NCBI GenBank assembly: GCA_951406725.2
Contig: OX597837.1
Coordinates: 2,046,001-2,110,000, forward strand
DNA: 64,000 nucleotides
Origin: Octopus vulgaris
Taxonomy: Eukaryota
Reading direction: 5' to 3'
The notes beneath the pieces were generated by a model. That model was not told the origin of the DNA. It was given only the letters and a program-made list of their open reading frames with translations, and did no database searches. The position numbers and the translations under genes were made by a program. Of the stretch, positions 24,480 through 38,490 are shown piece by piece; position 1 is the first letter of the stretch; each line of letters begins with the position of its first letter.

Positions 24480-25165
24480 TGAGGACAATCTAGGTGAAAT
24501 GCAGAATTGATAAAACAAGTGAGAGCGACAAACACAGAATTTGAGGTGAAATGGAGTGAAAGTGTGTGGTGCGTTCTTAATGAATTCCCGAAGTGGGCAC
24601 CATGCAAACACAAAAGACGGCATCACAATGTGGAAAAAATGACCCATTGAGAGCTTTGTGGCCTAAAGAGATCAAATATGTGGAATAACCAAATCCCAGA
24701 AGGGGTTACTGAGAATGAGGATTGCAAAATCCTGTGGGATGCAATGATTCAGTGTGACCATCCGATTAGAGGCTGAAAACCTGATATTGTTGTGGTGAAC
24801 AGAAAAGTAAAAAAAAAAAAAAAACATGCTTGATAATTGACATTGCATGTCCCTGTGACTACAGGATCGCAGAAAGAATGAACTGAAGTGGGAAATACGA
24901 AGGTTGTGAGCAATGAAGAGAGTAGACATGGTACCAATAGTGATTGGTGCACTTGGAAGTATCAGCACGCAACTACCAACATGGCTGAAAAAGATTGGTA
25001 CAAATGTGGAGGTAGAACACCTATAAAAATCATCATTGCATGGAACTGCATGAGTTGTCTGCAGGGTTCTTGAAGCATGACCAGTAAACAAGTGTTATCT
25101 TAGTCTGCTGTCTGTGGACAGCTGACACCTTCCATTATATCCAGCAATATAGGCTGTGAGTTTTA

Positions 25166-25167
<2 letters not shown>
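24480..25167 (+). pseudogene. 3' fragment of a third R4/Dong subfamily
   Basis: ENEDCKILWDAMIQCDHPIRG*KPDIVVVN...CLIIDIACP...DMVPIVIGALGSIS...HGTA, ending in (TAA)n. Confidence 0.8.
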
Positions 25168-25255
<88 letters not shown>

Positions 25256-25448
25256 CAACAATAATAATAATCTTTTCTACTATAGCCACAAGTGCCGAAA
25301 TTTGGAGGAGAGGGATAATCGATTACATCGACACCAGTGTTTTACTGGTACTTAATTTATCGACCACGAAAGGATGAAAGGCAAAGTCAACTTCGGAGAA
25401 ATCTGAACTCAGAACAGCTCATCGTCTTAATAATAATAACAATAACAC

Positions 25449-25501
<53 letters not shown>

Positions 25502-26207
25502 CCATTCTACAACTACTAATGATGATGATGATGATGGTGGGGGTAATGAAGATGAGGATAATGGTGAAATAATGATGATGATGATGGTTAAAGTGTCGAT
25601 ACACACATAAGAAGCTAAACAAAAAAAAATTCGTCGAATTTTATCGTTGTTCCTTTCATATATAATTTTTATGCTTTTATTTATGTTTTTTTTTTTCCTC
25701 AGGTAAATTTTTTTTTAAATGTAATCTCGCAGACAAAAGACATCGATTGTTGCGAAATTCTTGCTGAAATAGTTTCAAAGTTATTTTTTTCTATTCATTG
25801 TTTAATTATTCAACATACAACTTGGTTAATTCGACTAAATATATGCAAATCACACTGCTAATGAGCTTTTTACTAATTAGAATATCTGAGAAGGTTAAAA
25901 AGACAAGGAATTTATTTTCAAAACTAAATATTCACAATTTCAATTCCATAAAATAAATTTAGGAGAGTTATTATTCTGGCGCGGTGAGTTATTATCTTAT
26001 TATGCTTCTGGGCTTCCATACGTAAATCATCGAAGCGTTCGATCCTCTTACGCCCCCTCAAGCCATCTGTCCTCTTCCCAGACTTTCTTTCTTTTTATCC
26101 TTCCATTTTTATTTTCAACATACACACACATACACACTAATATACACAAACGTACAGTATATATAACATATATATGTATACATGTGTGTGTGAGTGTATG
26201 TATATAC

Positions 26208-26287
<80 letters not shown>

Positions 26288-26288
26288 C

Positions 26289-26970
26289 AGGCGTGGCTGT
26301 GTGGTAAGAAGCCTGCTTCCTAATCACATGGTTCTAGCTTCAGTCCCACTGCGGAGCACCTCGGGCAAGTGTCTTCTACTATAGCCTCACACTAGCCAAA
26401 GCCTCGTGAGCGGATTTCGCAGACGGAAACTGGAAGAAGCCCGTCGTATATATATATATATATATATATACATACACACACACACACATATATATTTTTT
26501 TTTCTTTACTGCCCACAAGGGGCTAAGCATAGAGGGGACAAACAAGGACAGACAAACGGATTAAGTCGATTACATCGACTCCAGTGCGAAACTGGTACTT
26601 TATTTATCGACCCCGAAAGGATGAAAGGCAAAGTCGACCTCGGCGGAATTTGAACTCAGAACGTAACGATAGACGAAATACCGCTAAGCCTTCCACCCGG
26701 TGTGCTAACGTTTCTGCCAGCTCGCCGCCCTACACATACGCACACATATATATATGTAGGTGTGTATGTGTTTGTGTGTGTTTGTCCTCCCACCATCACT
26801 AGACAACCGATGCTGTTGTTTTTACGTCCCTGTAACCTAGCGGTTCTGCAAACGAGACCGATAAAATATGTACTAGGCTTACAAAGAATAAGTCCTAGAG
26901 TTGATTTGTTCGACTAAAGGCGGTGCTCCAGCATGCCCACAGTCAAATGACTGAAACAAATAAAAGAACA
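26289..26970 (+). mobile_element. SINE family B (tRNA head, CORE-like CCTYGGGCAAGT, internal microsatellite, CR1-like tail) with a nested antisense family A copy at 26503-26729
   Basis: Head GGCGTGGCTGTGTGGTAAGAAG. 3' end GGCGGTGCTCCAGCATG...CAGTCAAATGACTGAAAC. Confidence 0.85.
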
Positions 26971-27006
26971 AAATATATGCATATATATATATATATATAT
27001 ATATAT

Positions 27007-27190
27007 AACGAGAAGCTTTATGAAAATAAGCAAAAGACGAAGGCAGGTGGAGTACAAACAAACAATTGTATTAGTATGGCGCTCAGGAATATAAATAAAA
27101 CAAGTCTTTTACGTTTCGAGCCTACGCTCTTCAACAGAAAGATACACAGAAAAGAAACACGGAGAGAAACAAGAAGAGAAAAAAATGTGT
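27007..27190 (-). mobile_element. Penelope-like terminal remnant with variant minimal hammerhead (27105-27142)
   Basis: UCUUU-CUGUUGA-A-GAGC(GUAG)GCUC-GAAACGUA-AAAGA. Abuts (TA)n. Confidence 0.65.
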
Positions 27191-27249
27191 GCAGAAACAT
27201 ATATATGCATATGTACATACACACACGCTCACATATATGTATATCTATG

Positions 27250-27435
27250 TCATTCAGTTTATTTCAAGATTTCTTGTCAATGAAGAACCGGTTTCTTACC
27301 TACATCCAAGGCTCCTTCATTGGAATTTCAACAACAGGGTATGTATGTATGCATGTGCAGATCCGTATATTTCTTGTATGCATTCTCATGCATATAGTGA
27401 CATACCTAGACATGCTCACATATTTTAAAATTTAG
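27250..27435 (-). mobile_element. 3' UTR fragment of the RLE element seen at 53903-54420
   Basis: Shares TTCAAGAT.TCTTGTCAATG...GAACCGGTTTCT.ACCTA.ATCCAAGG.TCCTTCATT.GAATTTCAAC. Confidence 0.75.
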
Positions 27436-28169
27436 TTTGCGAAACAAGGCCTGATATTTGGCGTGAGGGGGCTTGTCGATTACATCGACCCCAGTGTTTC
27501 ACTGGTACTTAATTTATCGAACCCGAAAGGATGGCAGGCAAAGTCGACCTCGCCGGAAGTTGAACTCAAAATGTAATGACCAATTAAATCCCGTCAAGTA
27601 TTTTGTCTGGTATGCTAACAATTCTGCCAGCTCGCCGGCCATATTAGTGATTTCAAATCTTGGCTCAAGGCCAGCAATTTCGAGTGCTTGACTGTTAATT
27701 ATTTAGTCGACCGTGAAAGGATGAAAGACAAAGTTGGTGGCATTTGAATTCAGAACGCGAAGAAGGACGACATGCTGCTAAGGATTTTTATCAGACGTAT
27801 TAACGATTCTGCCAGTTCGCCCGCCTCACAGTCATAATAACCATAACGGATCGTGTCAAATGGCTAAACCATATGATAAGAATAACAACTACTGCAGAGA
27901 AAACTCGTTCTGCTCCATAGCCGATCAACACTGTAATATAAAATCTGAACTAATCTCCATTAGCCTACACAGGCACAAATACGTTCTGATATGATGTAAA
28001 GATTGCTTCACAATCCCAGCTGGTATCCCGTACATCTTTATTCTATAAGCAACGGCTATGGTTCGAGCCCTAGAATCTATTTTAAAATACCATCTGCAAT
28101 TTTCATACCTCATGTCTTCATTTAAATGTTTTTGTTATAAATTCTGACAACTAAAAGATATTTTAGCCT

Positions 28170-28578
28170 CCGTTGCTTGGTAGGGGCTTGTTTCCGTAGC
28201 ACATGGTACTGGGTTCAGTCCCACTTTGTGGCACCTTGGGCAAGTGTCTCCTACTATAACCTTGGGCCAACCAAACCCTCCTGAGTGGATTGGCAGATGG
28301 AAACTAATAGAAGCGTCTCGTATACATATATATAGATAGATACACACACACATACACACACACACATATATATATATTATATGTATTTGTATGTGTGTGT
28401 GTATGTGTGTGTATTTGTCCCAGCATGGCTTGGAAACCAGTATTATAGTGTGTACGTCCATATGACATAGCGTTTCGGCAAAGTGTTCGATAGAATAACT
28501 ACTGCTGTTGATTTGTGCGAGGTGCTACCACAGCATGGCCACAGTCTAATGACTAAAACAAGTAAAACGTAAAAAGAA
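28170..28578 (+). mobile_element. SINE family B copy
   Basis: GGGTTCAGTCCCAC...CCTTGGGCAAGTGTC, internal microsatellite, and CAGCATGGCCACAGTCTAATGACTAAAAC tail. Confidence 0.8.
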
Positions 28579-28719
28579 TTTGTATGTGTGCGTGTGAGAG
28601 CGAGTGTGTGCGTGCGCGCGAGTGTGTATGTGTATGTGTGTGCGAGCGTGTTTGTATTTATAAGTACACTTACGATTGAGCAGGAGTTATCTTTATATAT
28701 GTATGTAGATAGATAGAAG

Positions 28720-28782
<63 letters not shown>

Positions 28783-29218
28783 GGAAAGATAGATATACCT
28801 GCCTACATGAATGTATATATGTGTGAGATGGAGTATATTTAAAAGCCGGCGTTATGGAACTCGGAGTACCGACATCCATGAGATGTTTAATTAAAATTGA
28901 TTAAAGAATGTTTTTTAGTTAATGACTACCGTAAGTTATCTCTTCTTGTCCAGTCGACAGAAATTAATTTAAGTGTTTGGGTGTGCGTGAGTGTCTGTAT
29001 CTCACTGTGTGTGTATGTGTGTGTGTGTGTGTGTGTGTCTCTGTGTGTGCGTGTTACATGTGTATATGAAAGTGCGTATAAAATGGCTGAGCACACCATC
29101 GTTTAAGCTTGTGTTTTTGTGTGAATTATATATATGAATTAATGTGTATGTATATATATATATATGTATGTATACATATATATATATACATACAAATGTA
29201 TATGCATATATAAATATG

Positions 29219-29282
<64 letters not shown>

Positions 29283-29417
29283 TATAAATATGTGTGCGTG
29301 TATAAAAATGTATATACATATATATATGTGTGTGTGTGTCTGTGTGTGTGTTTGTTTACTCACACATGTAAATGCAAGCATATCATGGATACTTGCATGA
29401 GTACTATATATGGCCGC

Positions 29418-29474
<57 letters not shown>

Positions 29475-30079
29475 GTGTGTGCGTATATATATATGTGCGA
29501 ATCTATGTGCGGCTAAGCAGAGGTGTAGCCCTCATTCTCTATTCGCGCTCCCAAATGAATGCACACTAAGATATGCATGTTTGCAAAACCATATCTACAT
29601 TTTTTTTTGATAATGCCAAATGCGTGTTCCCATGTTCCTTTGTTCTTTTATTCTATTGTTCTTCAAATTCAACATCTTTTCAATCATTATTTCTGATCAC
29701 GCAACCAAAGCACGCAATTATACAAATTTAATATTTGAAAATATTTACGTATTTTTGGAACTTTCGAAAACATAGATATATATATTTTTCATCAATTTTT
29801 AACCAACTTACGAATAACTGTTAAATAATTCCCTTCTCATTTTTACATTTATGCAAATTTGTGTATTTCTGATGTACTGAAAGAGAGGGAGAGAGAGAGA
29901 GAGGGGGAGAGAGAAAGGAGGGATTAAGCACTGAAGTGATTTAAAATTCCTATAAAAATGTTTCGTGTATTCAAGTGTTTGTATCTTGGTGATTGGCAAA
30001 TTCCTATGATTGTATATCGGTAGTTCATGCACGAGTGAACACAGGATATACCCATACATCGATCTCCCCCTTTCTTGCA

Positions 30080-30244
<165 letters not shown>

Positions 30245-30699
30245 TATATATAGATATATATATATGTGTGCGTGTGTGTATGTATATATACATGTATATT
30301 TTCATACATACATAACGATATATTTGCATAAATAGTTGTGGGGTAAGAAGTTTCCTTCTCAATCACATGGTTCCAGGTTCAGGCCATGACGTGGGACCTT
30401 GGACAAGTGTTTCCTACTAGAAACTCGGGCCGACCAAACCCTTGTAAGAGGACATGGTGAACGGTAACAAACCTGTCGAATATACGTGCGGGTGTATGTG
30501 TGTGCGCGTGCGCGTGTGTGTGTGTTTGTCCCATATCATCGCTTGACAACTAGTGGTTGTGTGTTTACGTCTTCGCAAGTTCTGCCACTTCGTGTCTGCA
30601 CGGCGCCAGGTTCCGATAGATGCCGACTCAGCGGGCTGTGACACCAATTGCGCCATCGGTTATCGCCGCTGTGGGCTCCACAGACGGTCCTCTCGCGGC

Positions 30700-31100
30700 A
30701 TGCCCTTGCTTGTGTGCCAAGCAAGTCTCACACTTTCTGCATGAAACGTGACCCGTATTCACTTAAACACAGCATCTTAGTAAAATCCTTCCGTACAAAG
30801 CTGAGATGTACAAATATCCGGCACACCCACTCAGGTTTCAGTTGAGATCATTAAATGTCACGCCAAGGGGAGGGAGACATCTTTCTTTGCTTCTTTCTTA
30901 AAGAATCGGATTGTTGCAATGCTTCGAAGCAAAAAAGACGTTGAAATCCAAGAGGCTTAACGAGGAATTATCGGCTGGGTTTTCAATGTCGAACTGGATG
31001 TTGTGGTGGAAGCTGTGGAAGAGGTGGATTCTAGTGGCCTAGTCCCTGGAACGGGTTAAGACAAAGCCGTCCTGTATAGAGGGCCTTGCACTCCAGTTTA
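30700..31100 (-). pseudogene. Decayed Penelope-like reverse transcriptase C-terminal fragment
   Basis: Minus strand gives LFHSFHHNIQFDIENPADNSSLSLLDFNV..., then FFKKEAKKD, then DFTKMLCLSEYGSRFMQK. This matches the PLE pattern H..I.F..E.....L.FLD...YRK and L..NGY...FI. Confidence 0.55.
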
Positions 31101-31671
31101 TGCAAGGTAAGAATGAGAGTCCAGGATCTTACTGAGTCTAGATCCCCTTAGGAGATGGATGGGTAGTTCGGAATTGGTGTTTTTGTACTAGAAGTAGATA
31201 TTGACGTTGCAACAGGGCTCTCAGCGGGTCACACGCCACGTATAAAGTAAGATCTCTATATATCTATCTGTCTGTCTGTCTATCCATCCATCCATCCATC
31301 TAACTAATTAATCTAGCTATCTAGGTATCTATCTTATCTATCTTTCTATTTATCTATCGATACGAATCGATGGATCTATCTGTCTATCTATCTATATTTA
31401 TCTATTTATCGATCTGCTTAGCCCTCTGTCTATTTATCTCCTTATCTATTTTCGTATCGATTTCCATATCCATAGACCTTTTATATAATCTTTAATCTTT
31501 TCCATTCATGATTCTTTAAAACGATTACATCCTTAAACTTATTACAGAAAATCAAACCTCCTCCTACCCCTCTTTGTAGTCTACTACCACGCTTCACAAC
31601 CGCTAATGTGCCCTTCCGTCCCCGGAACCTAGCGGGTCGGCATAAGATCCGAACTATTAAGTACCAGGCTT

Positions 31672-31742
<71 letters not shown>

Positions 31743-31782
31743 ATAGAGAGAGAGATTAACCGGACTTTATATATATATGTGC

Positions 31783-31857
<75 letters not shown>

Positions 31858-32209
31858 CATAGATAAAGTTTTAATCCATCGATATGGCTAAATCCAGGTT
31901 TATTGATCCAGATGTTTATATATGAACAGCCAACCACATACATATAAACATGCACACACACAAGCATGCAAACGCACACATACACACCTACTCGCATATA
32001 TAGCGGTTATTACTTGCAGTGTGTTTGCAATTGTTTCTGTGTGTGTGTGTGTGTGTGTGTTATAATTATATGTATATTTATGTAAGTTTATATCGAGAGA
32101 GAGAGAGAGAGAAGGTTGTTGCGAAATGAAGAGATAGCTTCCTTTCCCGTTAGGGAAATACATCAAACTGTTATTCAAGCGTTACATATTCATCAACATT
32201 CGTACCCTT

Positions 32210-32256
<47 letters not shown>

Positions 32257-32373
32257 TACACACACACACACATACCCTCATGCACGCCCATAATATACAA
32301 ACACATGCACACACACATATACAGAGAGACAAACACATACACGACCCATACACGCGCAACTTTGAACTATATA

Positions 32374-32443
<70 letters not shown>

Positions 32444-32565
32444 TATATAAATATATGAGAGAGAGAGGTTTATACATATTTACATACAGGGATTTACAAA
32501 CGTCTCAGTACAAACGTCTTTATATACACACACACACGCACATATTGCATAAATATATATATATA

Positions 32566-32653
<88 letters not shown>

Positions 32654-33309
32654 TAAGTTTGTGTATATATATGTAATATATATGGATATCTATTCGTAAA
32701 TAGTCACACATATGTAATTATATATACATGTGTATATATTCAAAGCGTATACATATATGTATGCACGTGGTTATGTATCTATGTATGTGTGCATATACAT
32801 ATATCATTGAAAGTATAAATGAAATAATTCAAACATTAATGTATATACTCCATGTTTTATATATATATATATATATATACTCAGCTGGGTATTTGATAGA
32901 TGTGTTTTTTTTCTCTTAATGCACAAACCCATGACTAAATTCAGAATTGTATATTTATTTATAAATATAGAAGTAACGGATCTCAGTCGCAGTCGGCGAT
33001 GAGTTTACAGTTGTTAAATCAACTGAACGAAATATATATATATATTGAACTAGCGTGTAAATGACTGAGTATTCCGATCACGCATTTCATAATATGGCAT
33101 CTCTAGACTTTTGAATTACGGGTAAACAATGTCTGACATGCTTCCGAACAATTTCCATTTGCCCAGGTTCCCGTCACAAGGTTTTCATTAACCGAGAGGC
33201 ATTAGCAAAAGTCACGTTGGACCGAGTGCTTACGAAGTGAACCTCTTATTGACTTGGTTAACCATGCTGAGTTCTTGCACATTTTTAGGCTCAGGCACAG
33301 GAGAAGAGG

Positions 33310-33615
33310 AACTCCGTCGGTTACGACGACGACGAGAGTTCCAGTTGATCCGATCAACGAAACGGCTTGTTCGTGAAAATAACGTGCAAGTGGCTGAGTA
33401 CTCCACAGACACGTGTACCCTTAACAGAGTTCTCAGGAATATTCAGCATTACGCGGTATGTGACAAGGCTGGCCCTTTGAAATACAGGTACAACTCTTTT
33501 TTATCAGCTGAGTGAACTGGAGCAACATGAAATAAAGTGTCTTGCCCAAGGGCACAACACGTCACCGCCAGGAATCGAACTCCATGACCTTGCGATCATA
33601 AGCCGAATATCCTAC
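33310..33615 (-). mobile_element. SINE family C copy
   Basis: Reverse complement has a GAGTTCGATTCC B-box and CCTTGGGCAAGACACTTTATTTCA.GTTGCTCCAG. Confidence 0.7.
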
Positions 33616-34237
33616 GCATCAAGATGCAGGCGGGCACATGTACAACGTGAACTTGTTTTACACTTGGGTATACATTCTAAACGAGGAAACCCCGAATGCA
33701 ACTAGCTACAGGCAAATAACGAAATACATTACAATCGAACCGAGTTTATTGAGAGAGGGACCTTTCGAAAAGTCACCTGTCGAGACACATCTGCACCAAA
33801 CGATGCACCTCAACCTGCTGTACGTTATCTCACTCATGTAGGACCCATTAACGTTGGGTCGAAGCGATCGTTGTGATTAACAAAGAATCTCATGAGTTCC
33901 ATTTTCGCTTTTCTCACATTTTTTCATATATATCGTGTATCACTATAGCCACTAAATGTTGTAACGCTACGCTGACAACTATGCGCTTCTTCTTACCGCT
34001 GTATCATTCAAACGATGCCACTGCACCGGTCAGGTAGGCAGGCCTGCGGCGTAAAAGTGACCTAAATCACGACCGACCTTTCCATTGAAAGTGACGCCGG
34101 TTTATCCCCGGGTAACCAGCTTAGAGCAGAGGAACATGAAATGAGGTGTTTTGCTCAAAGGAATCTAAACCGCAAAGTGTAAGCGCGTTTTGCTTACCTA
34201 TTAGGCGTCTCTTAAAACTATTCTTACACTTTGTGTG

Positions 34238-34280
<43 letters not shown>

Positions 34281-34330
34281 GCAAAAACAGCTCTAGTATA
34301 ATAAATATTGTTAAATGTATATACTAATGT

Positions 34331-34578
34331 ATATGTTTTGCGTGTTTTCCGGTGGCTGCAATGGCGTAGCGGAGTATATAACTCTTATGTCGCCGGTGTT
34401 AAAAGACCTTAGAGCCATGGACAGGCGAGATAACTCACGCTCAATCCCATTTGGGAGTGAGGGACATCGATGCTTCGCCATTTTTGTGGCTTATCAACAC
34501 CCCTTACCCGTCTCGGTGACATGAGAGTTATATACTCCGCTATGCCATTGCAGCCACCGGAAAACACATAAAGCATAT
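34331..34578. mobile_element. MITE-like foldback, 65-bp inverted arms
   Basis: 34331-34395 versus 34514-34578 with six mismatches. About 118 bp of interior. TA-rich ends. Confidence 0.75.
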
Positions 34579-35167
34579 GTGTGTTGGCCATTATTCCTTG
34601 GCCAGCTGGGTATTGCCTTGAAGAAGATTTAGTCGAATGTATCAACCCTAGAACTTTTTTTAAAAGCCTGGTAATCTCTATGTTATGGGGTTGTAAACAC
34701 ACCTACACCGGTTGTCAAGCAGTGACTGCTGACAAGCACAAACACGCGCATATATATACATATACGACGGGCTTTTTTCAGTTTTCGTCTACCAAATTCA
34801 CTCACATGTGTCTTGTTCGCCCGAGGAGACAGTAGAAGTGTTGCCGTGCAGTGGGACTGAACACAGAACCATTTGATTGGGAAGCAAATCTCTTACCACA
34901 CAGCCGCATCTTATGACGTAGCTAAGTCTGTTATGTATGAACCTCTGTACGTGCGTGTGTGTGTTGTTCTTCTTCTTCATGTCATGTGTCATCACAGGTA
35001 TTATTTTCTGTAGAGAAATCTCCGATGAGTTGGTTCTAGACGCAGTTCAAGTTCTCGCCATGTTACAATGGAACACGTTTATACCTCTTGCTTTGTTACA
35101 CATGGATGCACATACTCACACACATATACACAAACGAATATATAGATACATAGAGAAAAAGAGAGAT

Positions 35168-35231
<64 letters not shown>

Positions 35232-35467
35232 GTAGGTAGGTAGGTAGGTAGGTAGGTAGGTAGGTAGGTAGGTAGGTAGGTAAGTAGGTAGTTGAGTGTT
35301 TATGAAATTATGAAATACGTGATTGTGCTGTATGAGTAATGAGTAATGATGAGTGGGTTGTTCGTTGCTCTTCTCTCTCACTTCCTAACTCACTTTTGAT
35401 ATATACATATAAAATGTGTACATATGTATATATATGATATATATGTAAAATGTAGATATACACACAC

Positions 35468-35550
<83 letters not shown>

Positions 35551-35628
35551 AATAAAACATGTGTACACATGTATATATATATGTGTGTGTGTCTCTGTAT
35601 GTAAAATGTATAAACGTGTATATGTGTG

Positions 35629-35721
<93 letters not shown>

Positions 35722-36087
35722 ATGCCGAATACATACTTGGCAATGGAATATTCAAGTACAATGTATTAAAATGAGTCACGCATACATACAATAACCTACA
35801 CAGGTATGCGAATATATTAAAATAAATATTCTTAAATATAGAGGTACACATACACGTGTATATACATATGTATGTCTGTGTGTGTACGGTTCTATGCGTA
35901 TATGTAAAACCATAAATCTACTTAAGTTTCTATGTATGCATATATATGCGTGCGTATGAATGTTTGAACATATACACACACACAGAAGCATACCTGTAGA
36001 TCTATATGTATGTGAATTTGTGGTTTATATCGGTATACATACAGCTACAGACAGATACACGCACACACACACACACACACACATATG

Positions 36088-36146
<59 letters not shown>

Positions 36147-36431
36147 GTGTATACATATGCGTATATGCATATACTGCACACGTTCATGTCCACATAAATA
36201 TTCATGTACATCCTAATACACACACTCACACCGAAACACACACATCCGTCCCAGCGATGCTTATTGATTTCACAAGCGTATAGCTGACACCGGCTCATCA
36301 TATTAATCCTATTTCCTGCTGACGTGATCAACTCTTGAACACCAAATTTCTGCTAAATTCTTGCCATCTGGAGACTTCATTGAGCGTTTCTTGAACCATT
36401 ATCCACTCACACAGCCACTCCCTCCATCATT

Positions 36432-36486
<55 letters not shown>

Positions 36487-36614
36487 TTCTCTTGCTGTTA
36501 TTTGAGATATGGTCGTCACATCATATTTTGGCAACAAATGTTCCTCGATGAAGTATAATGCTGTAAACATATTGCCAAAATGTCTGCAGAACGTGTGGTT
36601 CTTGCATGAGAAGT

Positions 36615-37265
36615 AATGATGTTGTTGTTGTTGCTGCTGATGCTGGTGTTGGTGGTGGCGATGGCGGTGATGCCAGTAGTGTCGTTGGTGGTAGTAGTGT
36701 TATTGGTGATCGAGCATATATTGGTTGTGGAGCTGGTGGTGGTGTTAATTGTGCCGGTGGCAGCAAATGGTGGTGGAGGTGTTGTTGGTTGTGGTGGGGG
36801 TTGATGGTAGTGGTGGGAGGCGGAGGTGATGGTGGTGGATAGTAGTGGTCGGAGGTGGAGGTGGTAGTGGTGGATGGTAGTGGTAGGAGGTGGAGGTGAT
36901 GGTGGTGGTGGTAGATGGTAGTGGTGGGAGGTGGAGGTGATGGTGGTGGTGGATGGTAGAGGTGGATGGTAGTGGTAGGAGGTGAAGGTGATGGTGGCGG
37001 TGGTGGTGATGGTAGTGGTGGGCGGTGGAGGTGTTGGTGGTGGTGGTGATGGATGCTAGTGATGGGAGGTGGAGGTGATGGAGATGTGGCGGTGGCAACA
37101 AGTGTTGGTGGAGGTGGATGTTGTGGAGGTGGTGATGTATGGGCGTGGTTGTAATGGCGGCGTTGGTGGCGGCATTGGTGGCGGCATTGGTGGCGGCGGT
37201 GGTGACGGTAGTTGTGGTGGCAGTGATGGTGGTGACGGTGGGCGCGGTGCTGTTGATAGTGGTAT
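36615..37265. repeat. GGT-derived low-complexity tract
   Basis: Degenerate (GGT)n/(GGA)n triplets. Confidence 0.85.
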
Positions 37266-37627
37266 CTTTGGTATCACTGCAAGTTGATAGACGGAGATGC
37301 GCGATTAAGCTTTTGGACGAGCGATCATATAATCGCGGGTTTGTTTCCGGAACAGAGCAGCAGCGGTGGAGCATTGTACCGTTGGGCAAGACACTTCATT
37401 TCCCTCAATTGCATAATGACATTTTGTAGACTACAAAAGGGTCTCTGTCGAACAGAGTTGATCTTGCATCTTCACATCTTTGTACAGACCTGGCCAAGGC
37501 TTTTTGCGGAACGTTGGCCGTTGCCAATACAGTTGTACCACGGTATTACGCTGCGAATATAGGCCGTGGTCCATAAAAATGCCTATAAATGTCAAAATAT
37601 AACGTAAAATATTATATTATATTATAT

Positions 37628-37698
<71 letters not shown>

Positions 37699-37761
37699 GT
37701 GTGTTAGATGGTATAAAGACTACAAAAGAATATAATAGACTTTACAAGACTTTAAAAACCT

Positions 37762-37936
37762 TTATAAGAGGCGTTGAAAGTGTCGTCCTTCATTTTCAAT
37801 ACTTAAGCTGACTCTTCTACACATGTTTTGAACTACATCTTGGGGGGTCTGACGCGGTGTGGACCATGTGAAGGTCATGATTGCGTCTTTTAGCTCATTA
37901 ATAGTTTTCGGAGAGACTTTTTGAACACCTTGTATA
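37762..37936 (-). mobile_element. Internally deleted Tc1/mariner-superfamily remnant
   Basis: TIR-like TACAAGGTGTTCAAAAAGTC is fused to a transposase C-terminus, PKTINELKDAI...VVQNMCRRVSLSIENEGRHFQRLL*. Confidence 0.65.
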
Positions 37937-38436
37937 ATATTTAATAATATTTTAACAAGAATCAAAGCAAATGCTGAATACGAGTGTGGAGTGAATGGAA
38001 GCGTGGGTAGTTGGTCTTCAGATGGTGGTGGTGGTGCTTGTGTAGCTGGTGGCGTTTCTGTGGGTGGTAGCGTTGATGTCGCTGGTGGTGTTGGTATGTT
38101 TGGGTGGTGGCGTTCGTGTGGGCGGTGGTGTTTGGGTGTGAGGTGAGATTTGTGTGGGTGGTGGCGTTGGTATGGGTGGTAGGGTTGGTGAAAGTGCTGG
38201 CATTGCTGTTTCTAGTGGGGTTCGTGTGGGTGATGGCGTTGGTATGGGTGGTGAGGTTGATGTGGGTGATGGCATTAGTGTGGGTGGTTGTGATGGTATT
38301 GTTATTATGGTGCTAGTGATGATGATAATGGTGATGATGGCGATGATCATTGCGGCCTCTACTTTAAGAGGAGTAATAGTGGTAGTGGCGATGGTGGTGG
38401 TAGTAGTTGTTATATTAGTAGTTGTAGTAGCAGCAA

Positions 38437-38490
<54 letters not shown>

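Noticed and set aside
36606-37429. Gly-rich or His/Pro-rich protein exon
   Set aside because: A degenerate GGT tract is open in several frames at once, and no splice or domain evidence was found.
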